Below are positions 51,399-64,000 of a DNA stretch of 64,000 nucleotides, in pieces. Position numbers and translations under genes: made by a program. The notes beneath the pieces were generated by a model, which was not told where the DNA came from, ran no database searches, and saw only the letters and a program-made list of their open reading frames with translations. The stretch is from Cetorhinus maximus (lineage: Eukaryota): positions 39,556,001-39,620,000 of the forward strand of contig NC_135897.1 of NCBI RefSeq assembly GCF_964194155.1. The letters run 5' to 3'. Position 1 is the stretch's first letter; every line of letters begins with the position of its first letter.

Positions 51399-53137
51399 GC
51401 TAAGGGAAGGCTTCCTGAAACCTGCAGGCCCAGAAAAGATTCCTCACTGCAGAGAGCTGACCTGAAGGTTGAGAGTCCAGACAAAGCAGCTGGTATGCGT
51501 TTTGAGGTATTGCAGATCATGCAGGCAAGTTTCAATAACTTTGAAAAATAAGTACTTGACTGTGCACACTCGCGACCCAAGTGAGCCCTCTTATCCCGCC
51601 CGTGGATGAGGTTAATACAAGTGTGTCCTGCCCACTTACCCGTTGCGCCTATGCGCCAACCCAAAGATTGCCAAAAAATCGGCGTTAATTGGTGAGTTAA
51701 GGACCTTAAGTGGCCCGTTAATTAATGGCAGGCGCGCGTCGGACATCATCACTCGCCCGCCCAGCCAAATATTGCGATGGCACGTGGCGACATCGGGACG
51801 CTCACCCGACGTCACCGCGTCACCACATGGACGTGCAGGGCACACCCCCGCACGCCAACAGGAAAATCCTGCCCTATGTCTCTATTTATAAAGCCAAGTA
51901 TGCCACATACCATATGTCCTGCCACCTTCAAAGAATTGTATATGCACACTCCTTGTCTCACTGTTCCCACATTCCCCTTAAAATAGCATCAATTATATTG
52001 TCTAACCTCATTCTTCCAACCAAAATAAATCATTTTTCACTGTTATGCATTAAATTTCATCTGCCTTGTGGCTTCCCATTTCAATAACCAACGTACTTCT
52101 TCATGTCATCTAGAAACTTTGAAATTGTGCAATGTGTACTCAAGTCCAGGTTATTAATAAGTATCAAAGGATGGTGGTGGTGGTGAGAGGCAGGGAGGGG
52201 TGTTGCTGCACATTTCCCTCCAGTCTGCAAAACAGCCATTCGCCATTACTCTAAAGCTTTCTGTCCTTTCACCACTTTGGATCCACACAGCCAGTGACCT
52301 TTTAATCCAATGGGCTTCGGTTTTATTATGTGCTACTTTAAAAGCACCTTTTAAATATGTGCCTTAGCTATATGGTGGATGGATGAAAGTCCCTTGAGAG
52401 AGTGTGCTTGGAGACTCCTGGTCTGCTGATATTAATCATGAACACTTCACTGTCAGTGTACTTCACCAATTAGGGGTGGGGGAGGGGGGTAAAATTCAAC
52501 AAGGATGCAAAAACCAGTGGTAGTAGAGTAGAGTAGTTGCCTGTCTGCCTATTGTACCCAATTTTCCTTTCAGTGATTCAGTCCATCTGCTGTGACTGAA
52601 ATAGCATTATTTGGTATTAAAAATCACCAGTAATTTCTGCAACGTTTCTCCTGATCTTCCACCTTCATGTCATCAGAAGATTGGCAGAAACTCTGGAGAA
52701 AGCCCAGTTTACTAGTTGTGTCAAGGAATCCTTCGATCTTTCGCTGAATTTATGTCTGGAGATTGGGAAAACCCCTGCAGAAACGTTACCACAATGTTTG
52801 CACAGCAGTCTTCCTTTTGTAGAGCGAGTGATGGGGTTAAATTAAACAATTACTAAAGCCCAGCTTATTTCTAGTAATTAAACTTAGTATAAAATGTCAA
52901 GAGGTAACTATAATTTTACATTCAGACCCCTTATAGTTTCTGAAATTATCAAAAATAAATGAACAGCTTAATATTATCTACATCCTCTTTAATCTCAGTT
53001 CTTTTGAGTTGAGGAAAAAACTCATTAAATACAAAGCCCTTATTAATTGGGATAAGGCTTGAATTACATTTAATTCCACATGCCATATCTGGGATAATGT
53101 GAGTTCCTTTCCTTTGTCTTGTTCTTCTAAATTCTAT

Positions 53138-53781
53138 GGGAAGAATTTTGCAGTCGGCGAGTGGGTGTGGGGCCCGCTCACTGACACGTAAAATGACACG
53201 CGGTGACGTCAGGCGGGCGTCCCGACGTCACTGTGCGTCATTTAGATTGTCAGTTCGGCGGGTGCTCAGCTGTGTTGGCTGCACGCCTGCCGAACTGTCA
53301 AAGGCTTATTAAGGCCATTTAGAAAGTAATTGAAGTTGTTAAGAATGTTGCCCATCCAACCTTAAGGTTGGTGGGCAGCCGAAGAGCCCAGGCGGCCTTC
53401 GCTTTTTCATGAAACCTCATCCACGGGCGGGATGAAGGTTTCATGAAGGGTTTATTAATTAAATAAAACTTTTTGAAAAAATTAATGGACATGTCCCAGC
53501 CCAATGACATGTCCTTAAATATTTTTTTTCCTTTATTAAATTTTTCAGAACTTAAACTAATCTCCCTGAGGCAGCTCTGAACCTCAGGGAGATTTTTGTG
53601 CTCTTTCGGGAATCCCCCCGCCCACACAGGGAGAGCACAGCGCTTCCGGGTGTGCATCATGCGCTGGGCGGGCCTTAATTAGCTCGCCCACGTAAAACGG
53701 TGGCACGCACCCAATCGGCACGCTCGCTCCCGCCCGGGGGAGGGGCACACAACCCCCTCCGACGGGGGGAAAACTCAGCCC
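53138..53781. mobile_element. Harbinger MITE (opposite orientation to 8122)
   Basis: GGGAAGAATTTT / AAAACTCAGCCC; TSD TAT/TAT. Confidence 0.9.
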
Positions 53782-56129
53782 TATAAGTTATGCTTCAACA
53801 GAATATTGCAGCAGCTCTGATATTGCAGCAGCTCTGATATGAAGCCTGGTGAAAGCTATTACTGATTTACAACACACAGATATGACCAGTGGCATCTTCA
53901 CCTGACTACACTTAATAACATTGGTTTTGCATTTAATTTAACCCTATAAGGATTTTGATGGGGTTTCTACACTAAATTTCAAAATGTCTTCTTGCAATTT
54001 CTGCAGATGATATTTTTCTATGTAAAAAAAATCAATTTCTGTGGAATTTGCAATGAAACCGATCCATAAGGAAATGCTGTTACTTGCTATCTAATGAGTT
54101 TTGAAATGGACAGTCTCTAAGAAACATGTAAGAAACCATTTATAAAATGACAATAAAGGTTATCTGGCTGTGAAGTACTTTATTTTAGCAAGGAGAAGAC
54201 TTTGATAGTAGGTACTATAGATAATACTGTGCTAACCTGTTATAGCAGAACAGCTGCAACATTTCAGCAGATGCACAATTTCATAGCTGAAATTGCCTGC
54301 ACTGATGGGACCAGTGGGTATAAAGTCTGCTGACAATCAGATGAGTGATCAAATATGGCTGCATCCACTGTCAACAAAGTAGATGAAACAAGAATTTATT
54401 GTACACCTTCTTTTCTCAATAACAGTGTAGATTTCCACACCTTCCTGGAAGGAATAAGCTTCGAGATATTCCGCTGTGGAGTGAGATATTGTGAGAATAA
54501 TGTTTGCTGTATATTTCATCCAAGAAAATCCCAAGTAACAGTTGGCACATTTTACGAGTTGGTAGTAAATAGCCCACTGGAATAATATCTCCGCACTTGT
54601 TAAAATCAGATGTATGCTTGTGAAATAGGCAATGGACGTGCTGTTGGGATGCCAAGCTTGGTGATGTAATAAAATTCTCTCTTTATTCCGTCAGTCATTT
54701 GTTTCTCATAGTTGTCACATTGTACAGGAAAAGGCGACTATCCTGCCAGCAAAACAAAATGTACTGAAAGGATAGATGTTATCTGCCTTCAGTTGCAGAT
54801 ACATTTGCAAATCTGTATGAGAAATGCAAAGCTAATTACATCCTTGTCACAGTAATTCATTGTGGGTTTTTTTTCTAACCATGGAAGAATTCACAAAACT
54901 GGCGTAACTACATTGCTTTTAATAAAAATTAATACAATTTGAAACTAGTGGTGGGAAGGGTGGGGTTGGAGTCTGAAAACAATGTGCAAAATTTACCAAG
55001 TTTCAAAACCTTACAAATGTATTATATCATTTTTTTTCTCATCAAGCCAGAGGGGTAAGTCAAAGAAGCACAGAATGGCATTTGTGATGAATTTTGACAA
55101 GTTTGTTTTGTGATTGGAGTATGGTTTTCATTACAAAGAACTAAATCCTTTACAAATACCACCCTAAAGTAGAATTGACCTTTAAAAGACATGTCTACTG
55201 AGTTGAAAACCCAGGGGAAAGGCTCCCTGGATAAGAACTCTGAATAGGAAAGTGGCTGTGTTTGATGAATTATTTTTTATTTATGAATAGATTTTAGTAA
55301 AGTGACAGGTGAAAACATGCTGAACTGAAAACCTCAAAATGAATGGCATCTATATCAGGTAGGAGTGCATGTTTGCTCTAAATATGTTAACACACGTTGC
55401 CTTATAAAATTATATTTACTAACTAGAAATATATAATTATGACAACATGTAAAGAGAATTCAGCTGAAATACTACTTATCTAAAAACGAGGTTGAACCAT
55501 GAGTCATGGTCAATGGCACGTTCCAGCCTGCACTGTCTTCCCTCGGGATCTTTCTCTGTAATTTAGTGTCACAACTGCAAAATAATTTGCTGATTATGCC
55601 CATGCTGTGTATCACAAGATACTATTATTCTGCACTGATGATGTCAAAATTCCATTTCAGTCTCTGAGACAGTGTGTTATTCATTTATTTTTAAAGTGAT
55701 CCGGTTTGAAATGTGGATTTAACATGAGCGAAGATTATAATTCAAGAGCAGAGTTCAAAATGATGCAAGGCTGAAAATTAATTTAGCCATTATTCTATTC
55801 GTTTGTTGCATGTGAAAAATTTCCTAAGAATGGAGGGCACATATTTTACATGAGTTCATTGTGAACTAAAAAATTGCCCCCATAGTGAAGTGGCTGGTTA
55901 GTGTTTTAGTGATAGATCCCTGCAATGATGCTGTTGAGGTCCTTGATGCCAATATAATTGTTATTTAAATATAACCCAAACAATTCTGTGATCTTTCCAT
56001 TTCAGACATGCAGTGCATCGAGAATGCTGATTCTTAACCAGCATTGAAGCAACAGCTTTGGTTTGCTTTGATTTGGTCAGGTTTGATTGCTGGAATCTGC
56101 TGCATCAGATGTACTGCCCAATTGGAGCC

Positions 56130-56900
56130 ACTCGGTACAACTGAGGAGCACTGCAACAGTTGACCGAGACTAAGAGTGACAGAAATATAACTTTATAATC
56201 TATAAATGAAGGCCTGCAGATCATTTCAAACATCAGGATGGCACTGCAGGTAGTAGCTAAAGCCTACGTGGCCTAATTTTTTATGATTCATGATCATTCC
56301 AGGCAAGAGCTGTGATATATGTGGTGTCAGCATGTTTGCTGTACACAGATCTATCATGGAGGCAACAGTTACCTCAATTCACTGGGCCAACAATTTCATT
56401 TCTTTTCCAGCGGACAAATAGCATTGACAGAATTCATCAGCTAGGTTTCTCAAGTGTGCAGAGGCTGAAGTCAATAGCTGCATATTTGTTGCCTTCAGAC
56501 TCATGCAACATGAGGTCGTTCATGAACTACTAGGGCTTTCACCGAATCAGCATGCCATAGTAAATGATCATTAGCACATAATTGTGTTGCCCAGGGAGCC
56601 TACATGATGTCTTCATTTTAAAGCAATCCTCTGTGTCACCCATTGATTCAAAGGATTGGAAGCATGGGTGCCTGGAAGCTAAAGGCACCCGATACTGTCA
56701 TTGAAACTTTTGTACCACTCATGTACAGAAACACAACGTAGATTCAGTGTGGCATTTGCAGCTAAATGAATGATCCTTCATATTATGATTGGGATTCTGA
56801 AGAAGTGTTTCAGAGGTCTGGACCGATAAGAAGAGACCCTATAGTACAGTCCCCTCAGGAATGACATGTATTCAGCATGTGTTCAACTTCACTCTGCAAA
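56130..56900 (+). pseudogene. Ancient, heavily decayed Harbinger transposase
   Basis: Fragments SFQ...ICGVSMFAVHR, NY*GFH, PGSLHDVFILKQS (56591-56629), IGILKKCFRGLDR (about 56788-56826), L*YSP, in HARBI1 order. Confidence 0.75.
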
Positions 56901-58199
56901 TAGGTCTCACTGTAGACAAAAAATAATCTTCAGCAGAGCACAGGCTAAAAGGGACAAAGAAGAACCAGGTGTGGAACCACTGTGTAGCAAGGAAGATGAT
57001 GTAACAATACATGACACATCTTTCTTCTAAGTAGGCATGACAAATTGTCCCTTTAAAACCCATCATTCCATTTCTGTCTTTGTGCCTTGTCCATATGATC
57101 TTGCTTGACACTTTCATGCCCTTTTGCTATAGTCACACTGCCTACTAATACTGAAACATAAATACTCTTGCATAAATGATAACTTGCGCTTATCTATATG
57201 AGAATGAATATTGTCAGTGTGATTTGACAGAGTGCTTTCCCATGAGCCTGTTGTACTAATGTGGTATGGAACATCTATACTACTCTTCACTGATTCACTA
57301 ATAGAAGTACATGTGTGTGATTTCACTGTTGACACAAGACTACCATTTTCTCTGGACCCAGAGGGCTCTGTATCGGAGTCCGGCATGTCCAGTTCTCTTT
57401 TAGCTCTCAGGACCAGCATTATTTCTGCCACATCTACTGTCATTTTTGCAGAGGTGCTTGACAGCCACCAGGGAAACTGGAAGGATAGCCAACTGCCCAA
57501 TTTATGATTAAGACATGCATTCCCCGAATATTGGGAGCTTTCTCAACATGTCCATTGATTTTTTGAGAGTAGAACATTGGCCATCTATGAGAACTGTGAG
57601 TACTTAGCTTAATGTTGGCTTATTCATTCTGCAAGGACATTGAAACGAGCAAAGAATGAATCTGGGAGGTTGGTTTTCATGCAGAAACAATCCAGTAAGA
57701 AAGCTGACTTCATTTCATATGCACTATGGCAACTGGCTGTTATGTATATCGATCTTTCCAAATTACTTGAATGCTCAGCTTAAGATGTGCTGTCGTAGAA
57801 TCTCAACAAGTCTGTTGGATACATGTGACACTGTTGACTTTGTTGGTGACTCTTAATCCATGATGACCTAGGTATATCCAACTGAAAATTATAACATTAG
57901 GGATTTTAGTGCAGTATTCATAATATTAAACTAGCAAACACAGTCATGAATGTGAAACTGAATTCAATAAATCTGGTCATTTGTGAAGTAGCACCAGAGA
58001 AATTAGCATGAAAGTTGTTGGTTTTTTTGTGAGAATCCAACTGGTTCATTCATATCCTTCAGCAAAGGGAGCTTGCAACTCTCTCTGATTTAGCCTGCAT
58101 TTGACTTCAGTCCCACATTGCATGGTTGGCTCTTGGTGCCCTCTAAGGTGGCCTGGCAAGTCAAGCAGTTGTTAACAATTACTGCAAAGTACAAAAATA

Positions 58200-59050
58200 A
58201 GGGAAAAATAATTGGGTGGATCTATTTTCAATAGCCCAGGCATTGATCAAGGCCAAATTAACCCTGAAAGATCCTCCTCACTAACATCTGGGGATAGGTG
58301 TCCAATTTGGAAGAGCTATCACCCAGACTTGTCAAGTAACAGCTTGACATGGTCATCCTAGAATCAGTTGTATCAACCAAAATTCCACAATTGTCCATCG
58401 CCACCCCAAAAATGTTGACTGGATAATTGTAATCAGTCTCCTCCTGAGGACATAGATGCCAGTGTCAGTTTGATTCAATGCACTCAGTATCAAAAGGAAG
58501 CTAATGTGCTGGCTAGAAGAGCAGGGGCGAAACTGGGTACTCATAATGAGTGACTCCCCTAATGACCCCTAAAAGCCTGAACACCATCTACAGAGTTTGT
58601 GTTTGGAGTGTGATGGAACATCACCATTTGTCTGGATGGCAGAGCAGTAAAGAAGCTTGAAAGAGCTGTTTTCTTAATCAGCATCCTTGCTGTTAGAACC
58701 AGTATCTGCCCTCTATCAGTGGCACACTAATGCAGCATGTACTATATATTGAATGCACTGTAGCAACTCACCTAGTTTATCACAAAAGCACCTCCCAGCC
58801 CCATGACCTCCGCCATTGAGAAGGATAAAAGCAATATTGTCAGAACACTATCACCTCCAAGTTCCCCTGCACACACCATCCAGAATTTGACCTATATTGC
58901 CACTTTCTCATCAAAAGTAAATCAGTATCCTATCATTCTCTATCAAAGACTATTGTGCAAACACCACCAACACAAGGATCACAGTCATTCAAGGAGAAAC
59001 CCACCCTTCTTATCAACAAGAGATAGGCAATAAATGTGGCCCTGCCAATG
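58200..59050 (+). mobile_element. Old LINE family B fragment, preceded by a SINE remnant at about 57940-58170
   Basis: aaagcctgaacaccatctaca...gtgtgatggaacatc...gcaataaatgtggccctgcc. Confidence 0.6.
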
Positions 59051-60032
59051 CCATTGTACATAAGAAAGCACAATTTGTTTTTATACCTGAACTGTGGTTT
59101 CTATTTTTTTTAACTCGGTTTCCTTGCACATATTATTTTAATTCATTGTAACTGTAAAAGATACTATAATGTATCGAATGACATTGGATTTTGAAAATGA
59201 CCTTTCACAGATTAATAGCTAATGGATCCCTAACATGTATGATGTTGATTTTAATCCTATCCACCTAATGAAATCTGGACAGGTAGGCAATTAAAAACAA
59301 TGCTCGCATTCATTGCAACCATGAAACTGTCAGAAACTTCTGGTGTTCACACATACTCAATATAAATGTGAAATCAAGAAGTTGATGTCAGTGATTCCCA
59401 CATCTTGTGCTGTTGAAGTCCTCGCAGATAGAAATCTTAGAAATCACATCTGATTCCACTTTTTATATTATTAGTCTTGTTAAAAAAAGCCCTTGAAAAA
59501 TGAAGGCCTTGTTGAATGCAGAGTAACTGGGTTTTTAACCACATAAGTCATAATTACTGCTGAAAGAAACATCTCTGGCCCTGAAAATATAATTTTATAT
59601 TTGGGGAACGTAAAATTTCCCCATTATGATAGAACCATCAATTTTAATTTTTTTAAAAATATTTAAGCTTCTACCTTTATCCCATCTATATGTCCCAATC
59701 AGTATTTCACGCCCTGTAAAATGATTAAAAAGTGGAGGATAACCTGTGTTTTTTATTTCCTGGTTTGCTGTCTGTGAAAATTCTTGAATTTGTTTGGCTG
59801 CTTAATCTACTTGGTGACATCGCTAGATGCCTGAGGACCCCTATAGCTGATGCCAGAATGGAATTAAAGTGAGTAAAGGTGAAATCCACGCCACAGAGAT
59901 GACAAGATCATTGTGGGCAGCTTTCTTCACGGTCAACAGCGAGCACCATCACTTTGCCACTGACAGCAAAATCCAGGCCAAACCAAGTATTTAGCTACTC
60001 AAAGCCTGACTGGTTCCAGTATTAAACTGTAT

Positions 60033-60734
60033 GGGCTGAATTTTGCCTTCGGCGAGCAGGGGGCGGGGACTGCTCGCCGACGTGTAAAATGATGCGGAAT
60101 GACATCGGGGGAAAACCCCCAACGTCATCCCGCCCCATTTAAATTTTCAGGAAGGCGGGGGCGCAGCCAAATCAGCTGTCCGCCCGCCAACCTGTCAATG
60201 GCCAATTGAGGCCATTGACAGGATCATTGAAACAATCAAAGGACCTGCCCGTCCAACCTTAAGGTTGGAGGGCAGGCCAGGAGCCCCGGTGGCAAATAGA
60301 AATATCATGAAACCTCATCCACCGGCTGGATGAGGTTTCATGTCGGGATTTAAGCAGTTTAATAAAGTTTTAGTGTAATTTATGAACATGTCCCATCTCG
60401 GGTGACATTGTCACATGAGGGGGACATGTTAAGGATTTCTTTTTCTATTTTTAATGTTTTTAAAAGTGTCAGCGATCTCCCTGAGGCAGCACTTAGTGTC
60501 AGGGAGATGTGCGCTTTTCGTGCACATGCACGAAAGAGCGCACTCTCGCATTTGGGGAATCACCCCCGCCCGCACAGGAAGCGCATAGCACTTCCGACCG
60601 GACGTCACGCTGGGCGGGCCTTAATTGGCCCGCCCACATAAAATGGCGGTGGGGCCCGCTTCTTCGGCGGGGATCAGCTCCCCGCCCCGGAGATTGGGTC
60701 GGGCCCGCCCACCCGACAGGCAGAAAATTCTGCC
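60033..60734. mobile_element. Harbinger MITE
   Basis: GGGCTGAATTTT / AAAATTCTGCC; TSD TAT/TAT; near reverse-complement match to 8122-8818. Confidence 0.92.
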
Positions 60735-61513
60735 TATGATTTTGTCAATGGATGAGGCTCCCGTCGAAACCAGCCTCACACATCATGAATGTGTCTGAGT
60801 TGGTATTTACCACTGTAGAAGTGTGTGATGTGAGATGCTTGGTTAAAGTAGCATATTATGTGCTTCCGCCTCCTATTATTTGGGATCATGTAGGAGCAGC
60901 AGAACAGATTTTAGAATGGCATTAGGGCACTCTTGAGAAAAAGATTACTTGGCCAGACACTACAGTGCTGCAGTACATGCCTGCATGAGAGATTGAATGA
61001 GTGACTGACTAAGGAGATAAAGACTGAAAAGCAAAAGATGGTATTAGCCATGAACTTTGGGGAGCCTATGATTGCTCTTCCTTCCACCTCCCTATTGCCT
61101 TCAACATGCAGGCCTGACTTCCTTCTGTACAAAAGCTGTATTACTGCAACCTTTTACCACAAGCAGATTAAAAAGGGGTGAGGCATTGCAATAAGAAATT
61201 TGAGATAAGGTGTGTGTTTCCCAAGTGCCAGGGAAGTAGCCAACTGAAATGAGTCTGTGACCATGCAACATGCTGCTGTTTTGCTGTTTGCCACACATAA
61301 TGTACCATGGAGTACATGCCTTGCCTTGGCAGCAAAATAAAGTGTCCCTTTAAAGCGTGAGCATGCCTGTGCATTTTGAATGTACATGAGAATTTGCACG
61401 GTACTGTGCATTTGCCTCGATTTGTGATGCTGCACCAAATTTACGGTGAAGTGCTGTTAAGCTGCATAGTACGGCAACATCATAAATTTGAGCACAATGT
61501 TAACAGATCTTAC

Positions 61514-61620
61514 CTTTGCAAGCTTAATACCAGCAAATTTGTCCTCATCTGCTTCCAGGTTCAGTGAATAGGTGGATTATGCATCATTGACTTTTTCTGA
61601 CAGGTTTATCCAGGTTGTTC
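61514..61620 (-). pseudogene. Old Myb/SANT exon remnant
   Basis: TTWINLSEKVNDA...TWKQMRT...KLAK then GTAAG donor, across frameshifts. Confidence 0.5.
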
Positions 61621-62279
61621 TGAAGCAACCAAGTGACTAAAGCTTCAAACTGCACAACTTGGCTTTCAGGGGCCACCTGCTGCAGAACTCCCAAAGCAGC
61701 TTTGTTGTCTTGAGATGGATTGCACTACTTCACACAGCCTGATTTTCTTTCTCATTGACTTTGGACAAGGTTTATAACAAGCACTCCTACTCCTTCTGGC
61801 CCACAAAGAAAGCTAAGTAAAATTAAAACCACTTACCTTGATGGGCCTCTTCTGGCCCTCGATGCACTCCCAACAGATTTGACCTGGTAAGCATGACACC
61901 ACAGTCTCAGGCTAAAATCGTATTCAGGTTCTGATGACTGTGAAAGGAAAGCTTCAGAGCTAACCTAGGTGACAAAGCTTATGAAACTGGAACAAGACAT
62001 ATCACTGAAGCATTGCTGCTTATCAATGATAACTCGGTCAGGACATCCTTTTTGATACCTTTCGCTGATAATTGACCCTGTTGCCTCATGTCTCTCTGGA
62101 ACATGGCGTATGGTATGTGCCAATTGTAGGTAGAAGGTAACTCAGGGTACATACTGAGACTATTTCTTTATGTGAGGGGAACTATAACAGGTGAGAAATG
62201 GCGCAAGATTCATAGATAAAGCAGTATGATATCATTCTAAGGAAATCCTTGACCCTAATTTCTTTTTCTTTGAGAAAGG

Positions 62280-62940
62280 GGGCAGCATTTTCCTGTCGGC
62301 AAGCGGGGGGGCGGGGCCCACTCGCCGATGCATAAAATGATGCGCGGTGACGTCAGGCGGGCATCCCGACATCACCACATGTCATTTAGATTTTCAGTTT
62401 GGCGGGTGCGCAGCCGACTCGGTTGCTTGCCCGCCAAACTGTCAAAGGCCTATTAAGGCCATTTAAAACCTAATTAACTCAATTTAATGAGCTGCCCGTC
62501 CAACCTTAAGGTTGGCGGGCAGGCAAAGAGCCCAGGCGGCCTTCGCATTTTTCATGAAACCTCATCCTGCCGTGGATGAGGTTTCATGAAGTGTTTTAAA
62601 ATCTAATAAAAATTTATACATTTATCCTTTGACATGTCCCAGGTCATGTGATAGTGTCACATGAGGGGACATGTTTTAAAAGTTTTAAAAACCTTTATTT
62701 AAAAGTTTAACAGAGAAAGAAATATCGTGCATGCGCGAAAGAGCGCAGGGAACAACTCAGGGAATCTCCCCCCCCCCGGGCCTGCAAAGGGAGCGCTTAG
62801 CGCTTCCGGGTGTGCATCATGATGGGCGGGCCTTAATTGGCCTGCCCACGTAAAATGGCGGTGTGGACCTGATCGGGGGCGCCGAACGATTTCGCGCCCT
62901 ACCCCAAACAACCCCCCTGACGGGGGAATATTTCTGACCC
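62280..62940. mobile_element. Harbinger MITE (53138 subtype)
   Basis: GGGCAGCATTTTCC start, TTTCTGACCC end, AGG on both sides, family palindromes. Confidence 0.88.
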
Positions 62941-63365
62941 AGGAGAAAGAATCAGGGCCCATTGAAGTCAAAACCAGTAAATAGATTGAAATCAGTTATT
63001 CTGGACTGATTAGCTCATATTAAAGTTAATATGATAACATGATAATCATAAAAGAAAGGAAATTAGGAAGGGTGGTATGGAGTTCCAAATTTTGAGATCC
63101 TGGAAATGAGTAAGTTGTAGTATGTGATGAGATTTGAAGGTAAAAATAACAATCCCAATCTTGCAGTGGGGAGCTGCATTCAAATTAGCAGTGGAGGTCA
63201 AGTACAGGGCTGTAACACTGTCGGATTGATTGGCTGACCTGCACTTCCTTGACAGTTCCCTGTTCGAATTGCAGCAGTATTGTGTCCACCATTTGATTTT
63301 GATAGTGTAGATGCAACCAGAGGAATGTGTAACTGAGACATAGGAGTAACAAGAGGGCACAAAGG

Positions 63366-64000
63366 AAGATGGCTGTGGTTGTTGGAGGTCAGTCATCTCA
63401 GCTCCAGGACATCAAAGGAGGAATTCTTCAGGGGAGTGTCCTCGGCCCAACCATCTTCAGCTGCTTCATCAATGACCTTCCTTCCATCATAAGGTCAGAA
63501 GTGGGGATGTTCGCTGATGATTGCACAATGTTCAGCATTATTCATGACTTCTCAGATACTGAAGCAGTCCATGTCCAAATGCAGCAAGACTTGAACAATA
63601 TCCAGGCTTAGGCTGACAAGTGGCAAGTAACATTCACACGACACAATTGTCAGGCATTTACTATCTCCAACAAGAGAGAATCCAACCATCGCCCCTAGAT
63701 GTTTAATGGCATTACCATCACTGAATCCCCTACTATCAACATCCTGGTGGGGTTTACCATTGACCAGAAACTGAACTGGACTAGCCATATAAATACTGTG
63801 GCTACAAGAGCAGTTAAGATGTTTGGAATCGTGCAACGAATAATTCACCTCCTGTCTCCCCAAAGCCTGTCCACCATCTACAAGGCACAAGTCAGGACTG
63901 TGATGGAATACTCCCCACTTGCCTAGATGAGTGCAGCTCCCACAACACTCAAGAAGCTTGACACTGTCCAGGACAAAGCAGCCCGCTTGATTGGCACCAC
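63366..64000 (+). mobile_element. LINE family B RT fragment (runs off window)
   Basis: LQGSVLGPTIFSCFINDLP...MFADDCTMF; LSTIYKAQVRTVMEYSPLA. Confidence 0.9.

Larger units (their letters stand above)
47382..51874. mobile_element. Full-length PIF/Harbinger DNA transposon (4493 bp)
   Basis: TIRs GGGCTGAATTTTCTGGTTGG vs GGGCAGGATTTTCCTGTTGG (reverse complement of right end); TSD TAT/TAT; convergent Myb/SANT and DDE genes. Confidence 0.95.
44700..52340 (-). mobile_element. Old CR1 fragment split into 44700-45255, 47371-47381 and 51878-52340 by later insertions
   Basis: Removing the inserts rejoins ataacttccttgcttt-(ta)ctctat-gtctctatttataaagcc, the reverse complement of the CR1 'FINRGIEYKSKEVM'-type segment. 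Confidence 0.65.

Noticed and set aside
53803-53840. 17-bp tandem duplication ATATTGCAGCAGCTCTG
   Set aside because: Simple local duplication, not adjacent to the MITE terminus, so not a TSD.
54349-54655. Overlapping short ORFs in repeat-poor sequence
   Set aside because: No recognisable domain or splice structure; lengths expected by chance.
8122-62940. Recurring palindromes as CRISPR repeats, REP elements or terminators
   Set aside because: They are internal parts of TIR/TSD-bounded MITEs in eukaryotic DNA; there is no repeat-spacer periodicity and no cas genes.

Overview
Repeat-rich eukaryotic DNA with no intact host gene. The repeat repertoire (CR1- and L2-group LINEs, Deu-type and other tRNA SINEs, Penelope elements, GC-rich Harbinger MITEs) fits a cartilaginous fish (shark/ray) intergenic region or very large intron; this taxon call is an inference. 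Main contents: (1) a full-length 4.5-kb PIF/Harbinger transposon (47382-51874, TAT TSD) with a spliced 3-exon Myb/SANT gene and a convergent, inactivated HARBI1-like DDE transposase, plus about six related palindrome-rich MITEs, Myb-only derivatives and an older transposase relic; (2) a 5'-truncated Penelope element (RT + GIY-YIG) and six short Penelope 3' fragments, most carrying minimal type I hammerhead ribozyme motifs with covarying stem II; (3) a decayed copy of the LRRC47 N-terminal coding region; (4) Gypsy gag/protease and Vingi-like LINE relics; (5) a few repeat-free blocks resembling conserved non-coding enhancers. Most ORFs in the supplied track are spurious. Coordinates were read by eye, and boundaries of degraded repeats are approximate.
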